From: Balanoglossus misakiensis
Taxonomy: Eukaryota > Animalia > Hemichordata
Length of the DNA stretch: 64,000 nt
Assembly: GCA_040954595.2 (NCBI GenBank)
Contig: CM082577.2
Coordinates: 20,496,303-20,560,302 of the forward strand
Reading direction: 5' to 3'
The translations under genes and the position numbers were made by a program. Below, piece after piece: positions 12,601 through 28,653 of the stretch. The stretch's first letter is position 1; every line of letters begins with the position of its first letter. Under the pieces are notes generated by a model. That model saw only the letters and a list, made by a program, of their open reading frames with translations. It was not told where the DNA came from and did not search any database.

Positions 12601-15600
12601 CGGACACTTGCGACAAAAATGTTATCCATCAGGCTACTCTTTAATGGAAAAGTTGGAAAAAAAATGAAGCCTACAGCACGTAGTATTCCCAGGCGGTCTC
12701 CCATCCAAGTACTAACTACGCCCAACGCAGATTTGCTTCGGTGATCAGACGAGAACCGGCTTATTCTACGTGGTATGGCCGTAGGCGAAAGATGGTTGAA
12801 TTTCTCCTACTATAAACCTGAATCCTACACCATTGAACACATAGCCCGACTTGGCTAATTTTGTGGGTAACCGATCGACCTTCCATAGCTTATAAGGCAA
12901 GTGGGATAAAAAAATATGGTTTGTTTTGTTCTGCAAAAAGTGTTTTTAGAATTCAGGCACTTTCAGAAAAGGAAGAAACGGACACTTGCGACAAAAATGT
13001 TATCCATCAGGCTACTCTTTAATGGAAAAGTTGGGAAAAAAAATGAAGCCTACAGCACGTAGTATTCCCAGGCGGTCTCCCATCCAAGTACTAACTACGC
13101 CCAACGCAGGTTTGCTTCGGTGATCAGACGAGAACCGGCTTATTCTACGTGTTATGGCCGTAGGCGAAAGATGGTTGAATTTCTCCTACTATAAACCTGA
13201 ATCCTACACCATTGAACACATAGCCCGACTTGGCTAATTTTGTGGGTAACCGATTGACCTTCCATAGCTTATAAGGCAAGTGGGATAAAAAAATATGGTT
13301 TGTTTTGTTCTGCAAAAAGTGTTTTTAGAATTCAGGCACTTTCAGAAAAGGAAGAAACGGACACTTGCGACAAAAATGTTATCCATCAGGCTACTCTTTA
13401 ATGGAAAAGTTGGAAAAAAAATGAAGCCTACAGCACGTAGTATTCCCAGGCGGTCTCCCATCCAAGTACTAACTACGCCCAACGCAGGTTTGCTTCGGTG
13501 ATCAGACGAGAACCGGCTTATTCTACGTGGTATGGCCGTAGGCGAAAGATGGTTGAATTTCTCCTACTATAAACCTGAATCCTACACCATTGAACACATA
13601 GCCCGACTTGGCTAATTTTTGTGGGTAACCGATCGACCTTCCATCGCTTATAAGGCAAGTGGGATAAAAAAATATGGTTTGTTTTGTTCTGCAAAAAGTG
13701 TTTTTAGAATTCAGGCACTTTCAAAAAAGGAAGAAACGGACACTTGCGACAAAAATGTTATCCATCAGGCTACTCTTTAATGGAAAAGTTGGAAAAAAAT
13801 AAAGCCTACAGCACGTAGTATTCCCAGGCGGTCTCCCATCCAAGTACTAACTACGCCCAACGCAGGTTTGCTTCGGTGATCAGACGAGAACCGGCTTATT
13901 CTACGTGGTATGGCCGTAGGCGAAAGATGGTTGAATTTCTCCTACTATAAACCTGAATCCTACACCATTGAACACATAGCCCGACTTGGCTAATTTTGTG
14001 GGTAACCGATCGACCTTCCATAGTTTATAAGGCAAGTGGGATAAAAAATATGGTTTGTTTTGTTCTGCAAAAAGTGTTTTTAGAATTCAGGCACTTTCAG
14101 AAAAGGAAGAAACGGACACTTGCGACAAAAATGTTATCCATCAGGCTACTCTTTAATGGAAAAGTTGGGGGAAAAAATGAAGCCTACAGCACGTAGTATT
14201 CCCAGGCGGTCTCCCATCCAAGTACTAACTACGCCGAACGCAGGTTTGCTTCGGTGATCAGACGAGAACCGGCTTATTCTACGTGGTATGGCCGTAGGCG
14301 AAAGATGGTTGAATTTCTCCTACTATAAACCTGAATCCTACACCATTGAACACATAGCCCGACTTGGCTAATTTTGTGGGTAACCGATCGACCTTCCATA
14401 GCTTATAAGGCAAGTGGGATAAAAAAATATGGTTTGTTTTGTTCTGCAAAAAGTGTTTTTAGAATTCAGGCACTTTCAGAAAAGGAAGAAACGGACACTT
14501 GCGACAAAAATGTTATCCATCAGGCTACTCTTTAATGGAAAAGTTGGGGAAAAAAATGAAGCCTACAGCACGTAGTATTCCCAGGCGGTCTCCCATCCAA
14601 GTACTAACTACGCCCAACGCAGGTTTGCTTCGGTGATCAGACGAGAACCGGCTTATTCTACGTGGTATGGCCGTAGGCGAAAGATGGTTGAATTTCTCCT
14701 ACTATAAACCTGAATCCTACACCATTGAACACATAGCCCGACTTGGCTAATTTTGTGGGTAACCGATTGACCTTCCATAGCTTATAAGGCAAGTGGGATA
14801 AAAAAATATGGTTTGTTTTGTTCTGCAAAAAGTGTTTTTAGAATTCAGGCACTTTCAGAAAAGGAAGAAACGGACACTTGCGACAAAAATGTTATCCATC
14901 AGGCTACTCTTTAATGGAAAAGTTGGAAAAAAAATGAAGCCTACAGCACGTAGTATTCCCAGGCGGTCTCCCATCCAAGTACTAACTACGCCCAACGCAG
15001 GTTTGCTTCGGTGATCAGACGAGAACCGGCTTATTCTACGTGGTATGGCCGTAGGCGAAAGATGGTTGAATTTCTCCTACTATAAACCTGAATCCTACAC
15101 CATTGAACACATAGCCCGACTTGGCTAATTTTGTGGGTAACCGATTGACCTTCCATAGCTTATAAGGGAAGTGGGATAAAAAATATGGTTTGTTTTGTTC
15201 TGCAAAAAGTGTTTTTAGAATTCAGGCACTTTCAGAAAAGGAAGAAACGGACACTTGCGACAAAAATGTTATCCATCAGGCTACTCTTTAATGGAAAAGT
15301 TGGAAAAAAAATGAAGCCTACAGCACGTAGTATTCCCAGGCGGTCTCCCATCCAAGTACTAACTACGCCCAACGCAGATTTGCTTCGGTGATCAGACGAG
15401 AACCGGCTTATTCTACGTGGTATGGCCGTAGGCGAAAGATGGTTGAATTTATCCTACTATAAACCTGAATCCTACACCATTGAACACATAGCCCGACTTG
15501 GCTAATTTTGTGGGTAACCGATCGACCTTCCATAGCTTATAAGGCAAGTGGGATAAAAAATATGGTTTGTTTTGTTCTGCAAAAAGTGTTTTTAGAATTC

Positions 15601-18600
15601 AGGCACTTTAAGAAAAGTAAGAAACGGACACTTGCGACAAAACTGTTATCCATCAGGCTACTCTTTAATGGAAAAGTTGGAAAAAAATGAAGCCTACAGC
15701 ACGTAGTATTCCCAGGCGGTCTCCCATCCAAGTACTAACTACGCCCAACGCAGGTTTGCTTCGGTGATCAGACGAGAACCGGCTTATTCTACGTGGTATG
15801 GCCGTAGGCGAAAGATGGTTGAATTTCTCCTACTATAAACCTGAATCCTACACCATTGAACACATAGCCCGACTTGGCTAATTTTGTGGGTAACCGATCG
15901 ACCTTCCATAGCTTATAAGGCAAGTGGGATAAAAAAATATGGTTTGTTTTGTTCTGCAAAAAGTGTTTTTAGAATTCAGGCACTTTCAGAAAAGCAAGAA
16001 ACGGACACTTGCGACAAAAATGTTATCCATCAGGCTACTCTTTAATGGAAAAGTTGGGAAAAAAAATGAAGCCTACAGCACGTAGTATTCCCAGGCGGTC
16101 TCCCATCCAAGTACTAACTACGCCCAACGCAGGTTTGCTTCGGTGATCAGACGAGAACCGGCTTATTCTACGTGGTATGGCCGTAGGCGAAAGATGGTTG
16201 AATTTCTCCTACTATAAACCTGAATCCTACACCATTGAACACATAGCCCGACTTGGCTAATTTTGTGGGTAACCGATCGACCTTCCATAGCTTATAAGGC
16301 AAGTGGGATAAAAAAATATGGTTTGTTTTGTTCTGCAAAAAGTGTTTTTAGAATTCAGGCACTTTCAGAAAAGGAAGAAACGGACACTTGCGACAAAAAT
16401 GTTATCCATCAGGCTACTCTTTAATGGAAAATTTGGGAAAAAAAATGAAGCCTACAGCACGTAGTATTCCCAGGCGGTCTCCCATCCAAGTACTAACTAC
16501 GCCCAACGCAGGTTTGCTTCGGTGATCAGACGAGAACCGGCTTATTCTACGTGGTATGGCCGTAGGCGAAAGATGGTTGAATTTCTCCTACTATAAACCT
16601 GAATCCTACACCATTGAACACATAGCCCGACTTGGCTAATTTTGTGGGTAACCGATCGATCTTCCATAGCTTATAAGGCAAGTGGGATAAAAAATATGGT
16701 TTGTTTTGTTCTGCAAAAAGTGTTTTTAGAATTCAGGCACTTTCAGAAAAGTAAGAAACGGACACTTGCGACAAAAATGTTATCCATCAGGCTACTCTTT
16801 AATGGAAAAGTTGGAAAAAAATGAAGCCTACAGCACGTAGTATTCCCAGGCGGTCTCCCATCCAAGTACTAACTACGCCCAACGCAGGTTTGCTTCGGTG
16901 ATCAGACGAGAACCGGCTTATTCTACGTGGTATGGCCGTAGGCGAAAGATGGTTGAATTTCTCCTACTATAAACCTGAATCCTACACCATTGAACACATA
17001 GCCCGACTTGGCTAATTTTGTGGGTAACCGATCGACCTTCCATAGCTTATAAGGCAAGTGGGATAAAAAATATGGTTTGTTTTGTTCTGCAAAAAGTGTT
17101 TTTAGAATTCAGGCACTTTCAGAAAAGTAAGAAACGGACACTTGCGACAAAAATGTTATCCATCAGGCTACTCTTTAATGGAAAAGTTGGAAAAAAATGA
17201 AGCCTACAGCACGTAGTATTCCCAGGCGGTCTCCCATCCAAGTACTAACTACGCCCAACGCAGGTTTGCTTCGGTGATCAGACGAGAACCGGCTTATTCT
17301 ACGTGGTATGGCCGTAGGCGAAAGATGGTTGAATTTCTCCTACTATAAACCTGAATCCTACACCATTGAACACATAGCCCGACTTGGCTAATTTTGTGGG
17401 TAACCGATCGACCTTCCATAGCTTATAAGGCAAGTGGGATAAAAAAATATGGTTTGTTTTGTTCTGCAAAAAGTGTTTTTAGAATTCAGGCACTTTCAGA
17501 AAAGGAAGAAACGGACACTTGCGACAAAAATGTTATCCATCAGGCTACTCTTTAATGGAAAAGTTGGAAAAAAATGAAGCCTACAGCACGTAGTATTCCC
17601 AGGCGGTCTCCCATCCAAGTACTAACTACGCCCAACGCAGGTTTGCTTCGGTGATCAGACGAGAACCGGCTTATTCTACGTGGTATGGCCGTAGACGAAA
17701 GATGGTTGAATTTCTCCTACTATAAACCTGAATCCTACACCATTGAACACATAGCCCGACTTGGCTAATTTTTGTGGGTAACCGATCGACCTTCCATAGC
17801 TTATAAGGCAAATGGGATAAAAAAATATGGTTTGTTTTGTTCTGCAAAAAGTGTTTTTAGAATTCAGGCACTTTCAGAAAAGGAAGAAACGGACAATTGC
17901 GACAAAAATGTTATCCATCAGGCTACTCTTTAATGGAAAAGTTGGAAAAAAATAAAGCCTACAGCACGTAGTATTCCCAGGCGGTCTCCCGTCCAAGTAC
18001 TAACTACGCCCAACGCAGGTTTGCTTCGGTGATCAGACGAGAACCGGCTTATTCTACGTGGTATGGCCGTAGGCGAAAGATGGTTGAATTTCTCCTACTA
18101 TAAACCTGAATCCTACACCATTGAACACATAGCCCGACTTGGCTAATTTTGTGGGTAACCGATCGACCTTCCATAGCTTATAAGGCAAGTGGGATAAAAA
18201 AATATGGTTTGTTTTGTTCTGCAAAAAGTGTTTTTAGAATTCAGGCACTTTCAGAAAAGGAAGAAACGGACACTTGCGACAAAAATGTTATCCATCAGGC
18301 TACTCTTTAATGGAAAAGTTGGGAAAAAAAATGAAGCCTACAGCACGTAGTATTCCCAGGCGGTCTCCCATCCAAGTACTAACTACGCCCAACGCAGGTT
18401 TGCTTCGGTGATCAGACGAGAACCGGCTTATTCTACGTGGTATGGCCGTAGGCGAAAGATGGTTGAATTTCTCCTACTATAAACCTGAATCCTACACCAT
18501 TGAACACATAGCCCGACTTGGCTAATTTTGTGGGTAACCGATTGACCTTCCATAGCTTATAAGGCAAGTGGGATAAAAAATATGGTTTGTTTTGTTCTGC

Positions 18601-21600
18601 AAAAAGTGTTTTTAGAATTCAGGCACTTTCAGAAAAGGAAGAAACGGACACTTGCGACAAAAATGTTATCCATCAGGCTACTCTTTAATGGAAAAGTTGG
18701 AAAAAAAATGAAGCCTACAGCACGTAGTATTCCCAGGCGGTCTCCCATCCAAGTACTAACTACGCCCAACGCAGGTTTGCTTCGGTGATCAGACGAGAAC
18801 CGGCTTATTCTACGTGGTATGGCCGTAGACGAAAGATGGTTGAATTTCTCCTACTATAAACCTGAATCCTACAACATTGAACACATAGCCCGACTTGGCT
18901 AATTTTTGTGGGTAACCGATCGACCTTCCATAGCTTATAAGGCAAGTGGGATAAAAAAATATGGTTTGTTTTGTTCTGCAAAAAGTGTTTTTAGAATTCA
19001 GGCACTTTCAGAAAAGGAAGAAACGGACACTTGCGACAAAAATGTTATCCATCAGGCTACTCTTTAATGGAAAAGTTGGAAAAAAATTAAGCCTACAGCA
19101 CGTAGTATTCCCAGGCGGTCTCCCATCCAAGTACTAACTACGCCCAACGCAGGTTTGCTTCGGTGATCAGACGAGAACCGGCTTATTCTACGTGGTATGG
19201 CCGTAGGCGAAAGATGGTTGAATTTCTCCTACTATAAACCTGAATCCTACACCATTGAACACATAGCCCGACTTGGCTAATTTTTGTGGGTAACCGATCG
19301 ACCTTCCATAGCTTATAAGGCAAGTGGGATAAAAAAATATGGTTTGTTTTGTTCTGCAAAAAGTGTTTTTAGAATTCAGGCACTTTCAGAAAAGGAAGAA
19401 ACGGACACTTGCGACAAAAATGTTATCCATCAGGCTACTCTTTAATGGAAAAGTTGGAAAAAAATAAAGCCTACAGCACGTAGTATTCCCAGGCGGTCTC
19501 CCATCCAAGTACTAACTACGCCCAACGCAGGTTTGCTTCGGTGATCAGACGAGAACCGGCTTATTCTACGTGGTATGGCCGTAGGCGAAAGATGGTTGAA
19601 TTTCTCCTACTATAAACCTGAATCCTACACCATTGAACACATAGCCCGACTTGGCTAATTTTGTGGGTAACCGATCGACCTTCCATAGCTTATAAGGCAA
19701 GTGGGATAAAAAATATGGTTTGTTTTGTTCTGCAAAAAGTGTTTTTAGAATTCAGGCACTTTCAGAAAAGTAAGAAACGGACACTTGCGACAAAAATGTT
19801 ATCCATCAGGCTACTCTTTAATGGAAAAGTTAGAAAAAAATGAAGCCTACAGCACGTAGTATTCCCAGGCGGTCTCCCATCCAAGTACTAACTACGCCCA
19901 ACGCAGGTTTGCTTCGGTGATCAGACGAGAACCGGCTTATTCTACGTGGTATGGCCGTAGACGAAAGATGGTTGAATTTCTCCTACTATAAACCTGAATC
20001 CTACACCATTGAACACATAGCCCGACTTGGCTAATTTTTGTGGGTAACCGATCGACCTTCCATAGCTTATAAGGCAAGTGGGATAAAAAAATATGGTTTG
20101 TTTTGTTCTGCAAAAAGTGTTTTTAGAATTCAGGCACTTTCAGAAAAGGAAGAAACGGACAATTGCGACAAAAATGTTATCCATCAGGCTACTCTTTAAT
20201 GGAAAAGTTGGAAAAAAATAAAGCCTACAGCACGTAGTATTCCCAGGCGGTCTCCCGTCCAAGTACTAACTACGCCCAACGCAGGTTTGCTTCGGTGATC
20301 AGACGAGAACCGGCTTATTCTACGTGGTATGGCCGTAGGCGAAAGATGGTTGAATTTCTCCTACTATAAACCTGAATCCTACAACATTGAACACATAGCC
20401 CGACTTGGCTAATTTTTGTGGGTAACCGATCGACCTTCCATAGCTTATAAGGCAAGTGGGATAAAAAAATATGGTTTGTTTTGTTCTGCAAAAAGTGTTT
20501 TTAGAATTCAGGCACTTTCAGAAAAGGAAGAAACGGACACTTGCGACAAAAATGTTATCCATCAGGCTACTCTTTAATGGAAAAGTTGGAAAAAAATTAA
20601 GCCTACAGCACGTAGTATTCCCAGGCGGTCTCCCATCCAAGTACTAACTACGCCCAACGCAGGTTTGCTTCGGTGATCAGACGAGAACCGGCTTATTCTA
20701 CGTGGTATGGCCGTAGGCGAAAGATGGTTGAATTTCTCCTACTATAAACCTGAATCCTACACCATTGAACACATAGCCCGACTTGGCTAATTTTTGTGGG
20801 TAACCGATCGACCTTCCATAGCTTATAAGGCAAGTGGGATAAAAAAATATGGTTTGTTTTGTTCTGCAAAAAGTGTTTTTAGAATTCAGGCACTTTCAGA
20901 AAAGGAAGAAACGGACACTTGCGACAAAAATGTTATCCATCAGGCTACTCTTTAATGGAAAAGTTGGAAAAAAATAAAGCCTACAGCACGTAGTATTCCC
21001 AGGCGGTCTCCCATCCAAGTACTAACTACGCCCAACGCAGGTTTGCTTCGGTGATCAGACGAGAACCGGCTTATTCTACGTGGTATGGCCGTAGGCGAAA
21101 GATGGTTGAATTTCTCCTACTATAAACCTGAATCCTACACCATTGAACACATAGCCCGACTTGGCTAATTTTGTGGGTAACCGATCGACCTTCCATAGCT
21201 TATAAGGCAAGTGGGATAAAAAATATGGTTTGTTTTGTTCTGCAAAAAGTGTTTTTAGAATTCAGGCACTTTCAGAAAAGTAAGAAACGGACACTTGCGA
21301 CAAAAATGTTATCCATCAGGCTACTCTTTAATGGAAAAGTTAGAAAAAAATGAAGCCTACAGCACGTAGTATTCCCAGGCGGTCTCCCATCCAAGTACTA
21401 ACTACGCCCAACGCAGGTTTGCTTCGGTGATCAGACGAGAACCGGCTTATTCTACGTGGTATGGCCGTAGGCGAAAGATGGTTGAATTTCTCCTACTATA
21501 AACCTGAATCCTACACCATTGAACACATAGCCCGACTTGGCTAATTTTGTGGGTAACCGATCGACCTTCCATAGCTTATAAGGCAAGTGGGATAAAAAAT

Positions 21601-24600
21601 ATGGTTTGTTTTGTTCTGCAAAAAGTGTTTTTAGAATTCAGGCACTTTCAGAAAAGGAAGAAACGGACAATTGCGACAAAAATGTTATCCATCAGGCTAC
21701 TCTTTAATGGAAAAGTTGGAAAAAAATAAAGCCTACAGCACGTAGTATTCCCAGGCGGTCTCCCGTCCAAGTACTAACTACGCCCAACGCAGGTTTGCTT
21801 CGGTGATCAGACGAGAACCGGCTTATTCTACGTGGTATGGCCGTAGGCGAAAGATGGTTGAATTTCTCCTACTATAAACCTGAATCCTACCTCATTGAAC
21901 ACATAGCCCGACTTGGCTAATTTTGTGGGTAACCGATCGACCTTCCATAGCTTATAAGGCAAGTGGGATAAAAAAATATGGTTTGTTTTGTTCTGCAAAA
22001 AGTGTTTTTAGAATTCAGGCACTTTCAGAAAAGGAAGAAACGGACACTTGCGACAAAAATGTTATCCATCAGGCTACTCTTTAATGGAAAAGTTAGAAAA
22101 AAATGAAGCCTACAGCACGTAGTATTCCCAGGCGGTCTCCCATCCAAGTACTAACTACGCCCAACGCAGGTTTGCTTCGGTGATCAGACGAGAACCGGCT
22201 TATTCTACGTGGTATGGCCGTAGGCGAAAGATGGTTGAATTTCTCCTACTATAAACCTGAATCCTACACCATTGAACACATAGCCCGACTTGGCTAATTT
22301 TGTGGGTAACCGATCCACCTTCCATAGCTTATAAGGCAAGTGGGATAAAAAAATATGGTTTGTTTTGTTCTGCAAAAAGTGTTTTTAGAATTCAGGCACT
22401 TTCAGAAAAGGAAGAAACGGACACTTGCGACAAAAATGTTATCCATCAGGCTACTCTTTAATGGAAAAGTTTGGAAAAAAAATGAAGCCTACAGCACGTA
22501 GTATTCCCAGGCGGTCTCCCATCCAAGTACTAACTACGCCCAACGCAGGTTTGCTTCGGTGATCAGACGAGAACCGGCTTATTCTACGTGGTATGGCCGT
22601 AGACGAAAGATGGTTGAATTTCTCCTACTATAAACCTGAATCCTACACCATTGAACACATAGCCCGACTTGGCTAATTTTTGTGGGTAACCGATCGACCT
22701 TCCATAGCTTATAAGGCAAGTGGGATAAAAAAATATGGTTTGTTTTGTTCTGCAAAAAGTGTTTTTAGAATTCAGGCACTTTCAGAAAAGGAAGAAACGG
22801 ACAATTGCGACAAAAATGTTATCCATCAGGCTACTCTTTAATGGAAAAGTTGGAAAAAAATAAAGCCTACAGCACGTAGTATTCCCAGGCGGTCTCCCGT
22901 CCAAGTACTAACTACGCCCAACGCAGGTTTGCTTCGGTGATCAGACGAGAACCGGCTTATTCTACGTGGTATGGCCGTAGGCGAAAGATGGTTGAATTTC
23001 TCCTACTATAAACCTGAATCCTACACCATTGAACACATAGCCCGACTTGGCTAATTTTGTGGGTAACCGATCGACCTTCCATAGCTTATAAGGCAAGTGG
23101 GATAAAAAAATATGGTTTGTTTTGTTCTGCAAAAAGTGTTTTTAGAATTCAGGCACTTTCAGAAAAGGAAGAAACGGACACTTGCGACAAAAATGTTATC
23201 CATCAGGCTACTCTTTAATGGAAAAGTTGGGGAAAAAAATGAAGCCTACAGCACGTAGTATTCCCAGGCGGTCTCCCATCCAAGTACTAACTACGCCCAA
23301 CGCAGGTTTGCTTCGGTGATCAGACGAGAACCGGCTTATTCTACGTGGTATGGCCGTAGGCGAAAAATGGTTGAATTTCTCCTACTATAAACCTGAATCC
23401 TACACCATTGAACACATAGCCCGACTTGGCTAATTTTGTGGGTAACCGATCGACCTTCCATAGCTTATAAGGCAAGTGGGATAAAAAAATATGGTTTGTT
23501 TTGTTCTGCAAAAAGTGTTTTTAGAATTCAGGCACTTTCAGAAAAGGAAGAAACGGACACTTGCGACAAAAATGTTATCCATCAGGCTACTCTTTAATGG
23601 AAAAGTTAGAAAAAAATGAAGCCTACAGCACGTAGTATTCCCAGGCGGTCTCCCATCCAAGTACTAACTACGCCCAACGCAGGTTTGCTTCGGTGATCAG
23701 ACGAGAACCGGCTTATTCTACGTGGTATGGCCGTAGGCGAAAGATGGTTGAATTTCTCCTACTATAAACCTGAATCCTACACCATTGAACACATAGCCCG
23801 ACGTGGCTATATTTGTGGGTAACCGATCGACCTTCCATAGCTTATAAGGCAAGTGGGATAAAAAAATATGGTTTGTTTTGTTCTGCAAAAAGTGTTTTTA
23901 GAATTCAGGCACTTTCAGAAAAGGAAGAAACGGACACTTGCGACAAAAATGTTATCCATCAGGCTACTCTTTAATGGAAAAGTTGGAAAAAAAATGAAGC
24001 CTACAGCACGTAGTATTCCCAGGCGGTCTCCCGTCCAAGTACTAACTACGCCCAACGCAGGTTTGCTTCGGTGATCAGACGAGAACCGGCTTATTCTACG
24101 TGGTATGGCCGTAGGCGAAAAATGGTTTAATTTCTCCTACTATAAACCTGAATCCTACACCATTGAACACATAGCCCGACTTGGCTAATTTTGTGGGTAA
24201 CCGATCGACCTTCCATAGCTTATAAGGCAAGTGGGATAAAAAAATATGGTTTGTTTTGTTCTGCAAAAAGTGTTTTTAGAATTCAGGCACTTTCAGAAAA
24301 GGAAGAAACGGACACTTGCGACAAAAATGTTATCCATCAGGCTACTCTTTAATGGAAAAGTTGGGGAAAAAAATGAAGCCTACAGCACGTAGTATTCCCA
24401 GGCGGTCTCCCATCCAAGTACTAACTACGCCCAACGCAGGTTTGCTTCGGTGATCAGACGAGAACCGGCTTATTCTACGTGGTATGGCCGTAGGCGAAAA
24501 ATGGTTGAATTTCTCCTACTATAAACCTGAATCCTACACCATTGAACACATAGCCCGACTTGGCTAATTTTGTGGGTAACCGATCGACCTTCCATAGCTT

Positions 24601-27600
24601 ATAAGGCAAGTGGGATAAAAAAATATGGTTTGTTTTGTTCTGCAAAAAGTGTTTTTAGAATTCAGGCACTTTCAGAAAAGGAAGAAACGGACACTTGCGA
24701 CAAAAATGTTATCCATCAGGCTACTCTTTAATGGAAAAGTTGGAAAAAAATGAAGCCTACAGCACGTAGTATTCCCAGGCGGTCTCCCATCCAAGTACTA
24801 ACTACGCCCAACGCAGGTTTGCTTCGGTGATCAGACGAGAACCGGCTTATTCTACGTGGTATGGCCGTAGGCGAAAGATGGTTGAATTTCTCCTACTATA
24901 AACCTGAATCCTACACCATTGAACACATAGCCCGACTTGGCTAATTTTGTGGGTAACCGATCGACCTTCCATAGCTTATAAGGCAAGTGGGATAAAAAAA
25001 TATGGTTTGTTTTGTTCTGCAAAAAGTGTTTTTAGAATTCAGGCACTTTCAGAAAAGGAAGAAACGGACACTTGCGACAAAAATGTTATCCATCAGGCTA
25101 CTCTTTAATGGAAAAGTTGGGGAAAAAAATGAAGCCTACAGCACGTAGTATTCCCAGGCGGTCTCCCATCCAAGTACTAACTACGCCCAACACAGGTTTG
25201 CTTCGGTGATCAGACGAGAACCGGCTTATTCTACGTGGTAAGGCCGTAGGCGAAAAATGGTTTAATTTCTCCTACTATAAACCTGAATCCTACACCATTG
25301 AACACATAGCCCGACTTGGCTAATTTTGTGGGTAACCGATCGACCTTCCATAGCTTATAAGGCAAGTGGGATAAAAAAATATGGTTTGTTTTGTTCTGCA
25401 AAAAGTGTTTTTAGAATTCAGGCACTTTCAGAAAAGGAAGAAACGGACACTTGCGACAAAAATGTTATCCATCAGGCTACTCTTTAATGGAAAAGTTGGA
25501 AAAAAATGAAGCCTACAGCACGTAGTATTCCCAGGCGGTCTCCCATCCAAGTACTAACTACGCCCAACGCAGGTTTGCTTCGGTGATCAGACGAGAACCG
25601 GCTTATTCTACGTGGTATGGCCGTAGGCGAAAGATGGTTGAATTTCTCCTACTATAAACCTGAATCCTACACCATTGAACACATAGCCCGACTTGGCTAA
25701 TTTTGTGGGTAACCGATCGACCTTCCATAGCTTATAAGGCAAGTGGGATAAAAAAATATGGTTTGTTTTGTTCTGCAAAAAGTGTTTTTAGAATTCAGGC
25801 ACTTTCAGAAAAGGAAGAAACGGACACTTGCGACAAAAATGTTATCCATCAGGCTACTCTTTAATGGAAAAGTTGGGGAAAAAAATGAAGCCTACAGCAC
25901 GTAGTATTCCCAGGCGGTCTCCCATCCAAGTACTAACTACGCCCAACACAGGTTTGCTTCGGTGATCAGACGAGAACCGGCTTATTCTACGTGGTATGGC
26001 CGTAGGCGAAAGATGGTTGAATTTCTCCTACTATAAACCTGAATCCTACACCATTGAACACATAGCCCGACTTGGCTAATTTTGTGGGTAACCGATCGAC
26101 CTTCCATAGCTTATAAGGCAAGTGGGATAAAAAAATATGGTTTGTTTTGTTCTGCAAAAAGTGTTTTTAGAATTCAGGCACTTTCAGAAAAGGAAGAAAC
26201 GGACACTTGCGACAAAAATGTTATCCATCAGGCTACTCTTTAATGGAAAAGTTGGGGAAAAAAATGAAGCCTACAGCACGTAGTATTCCCAGGCGGTCTC
26301 CCATCCAAGTACTAACTACGCCCAACGCAGGTTTGCTTCGGTGATCAGACGAGAACCGGCTTATTCTACGTGGTATGGCCGTAGGCGAAAGATGGTTGAA
26401 TTTCTCCTACTATAAACCTGAATCCTACACCATTGAACACATAGCCCGACTTGGCTAATTTTGTGGGTAACCGATCGACCTTCCATAGCTTATAAGGCAA
26501 GTGGGATAAAAAAATATGGTTTGTTTTGTTCTGCAAAAAGTGTTTTTAGAATTCAGGCACTTTCAGAAAAGGAAGAAACGGACACTTGCGACAAAAATGT
26601 TATCCATCAGGCTACTCTTTAATGGAAAAGTTGGAAAAAAATAAAGCCTACAGCACGTAGTATTCCCAGGCGGTCTCCCATCCAAGTACTAACTACGCCC
26701 AACGCAGGTTTGCTTCGGTGATCAGACGAGAACCGGCTTATTCTACGTGGTATGGCCGTAGGCGAAAGATGGTTGAATTTCTCCTACTATAAACCTGAAT
26801 CCTACACCATTGAACACATAGCCCGACTTGGCTAATTTTGTGGGTAACCGATCGACCTTCCATAGCTTATAAGGCAAGTGGGATAAAAAAATATGGTTTG
26901 TTTTGTTCTGCAAAAAGTGTTTTTAGAATTCAGGCACTTTCAGAAAAGGAAGAAACGGACACTTGCGACAAAAATGTTATCCATCAGGCTACTCTTTAAT
27001 GGAAAAGTTGGAAAAAAATGAAGCCTACAGCACGTAGTATTCCCAGGCGGTCTCCCATCCAAGTACTAACTACGCCCAACGCAGGTTTGCTTCGGTGATC
27101 AGACGAGAACCGGCTTATTCTACGTGGTATGGCCGTAGGCGAAAGATGGTTGAATTTCTCCTACTATAAACCTGAATCCTACACCATTGAACACATAGCC
27201 CGACTTGGCTAATTTTGTGGGTAACCGATCGACCTTCCATAGCTTATAAGGCAAGTGGGATAAAAAAATATGGTTTGTTTTGTTCTGCAAAAAGTGGTTT
27301 TAGAATTCAGGCACTTTCAGAAAAGTAAGAAACGGACACTTGCGACGAAAATGTTATCCATCAGGCTACTCTTTAATGGAAAAGTTGGGAAAAAAATGAA
27401 GCCTACAGCACGTAGTATTCCCAGGCGGTCTCCCATCCAAGTACTAACTACGCCCAACGCAGGTTTGCTTCGGTGATCAGACGAGAACCGGCTTATTCTA
27501 CGTGGTATGGCCGTAGGCGAAAGATGGTTGAATTTCTCCTACTATAAACCTGAATCCTACACCATTGAACACATAGCCCGACTTGGCTAATTTTGTGGGT

Positions 27601-28533
27601 AACCGATCGACCTTCCATAGATTATAAGGCAAGTGGGATAAAAAAATATGGTTTGTTTTGTTCTGCAAAAAGTGTTTTTAGAATTTAGGCACTTTCAAAA
27701 AAGGAAGAAACGGACACTTGCGACAAAAATGTTATCCATCAGGCTACTCTTTAATGGAAAAGTTGGGAAAAAAATGAAGCCTACAGCACGTAGTATTCCC
27801 AGGCGGTCTCCCATCCAAGTACTAACTACGCCCAACGCAGGTTTGCTTCGGTGATCAGACGAGAACCGGCTTATTCTACGTGGTATGGCCGTAGGCGAAA
27901 GATGGTTGAATTTCTCCTACTATAAACCTGAATCCTACACCATTGAACACATAGCCCGACTTGGCTAATTTTTGTGGGAAACCGATCGACCTTCAATAGC
28001 TTATAAAGCAAGTGGGATAAAAAATATGGTTTGTTTTGTTCTGCAAAAAGTGTTTTTAGAATTCAGGCACTTTCAGAAAAGGAAGAAACGGACACTTGCG
28101 ACAAAAATGTTATCCATCAGGCTACTCTTTAATGGAAAAGTTGAAAAAAAAAATGAAGCCTACAGCACGTTGTATTCCCAGGCGGTCTCCCATCCAAGTA
28201 CTAACTACGCCCAACGCAGGTTTGCTTCGGTGATCAGACGAGAACCGGCTTATTCTACGTGGTATGGCCGTAGGCGAAAGATGGTTGAATTTCTCCTACT
28301 ATAAACCTGAATCCTACACCATTGAACACATAGTCCGACTTGGCTAATTTTTGTGGGTAACCGATCGACCTTCCATAGCTTATAAGGCAAGTGGGATCAA
28401 AAAATATGGTTGCTTTGTTCTGCAAAAAGTGGTTTTAGAATTCAGGCACTTTCAGAAAAGGAAGAAACGGACACTTGCGACAAAAATGTTATCCATCAGG
28501 CTACTCTTTAATGGAAAAGTTGGGAAAAAAATG

Positions 28534-28653
28534 AAGCCTACAGCACGTAGTATTCCCAGGCGGTCTCCCATCCAAGTACTCACTACGCCCAACGCAGGTT
28601 TGCTTCGGTGATCAGACGAGAACCGGCTTATTCTACGTGGTATGGCCGTAGGC
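28534..28653 (-). rRNA. RNA5S: 5S rRNA gene, last complete copy of the main array
   Basis: 120-nt 5S sequence with one substitution (ctcact for ctaact on the plus strand). Confidence 0.95.
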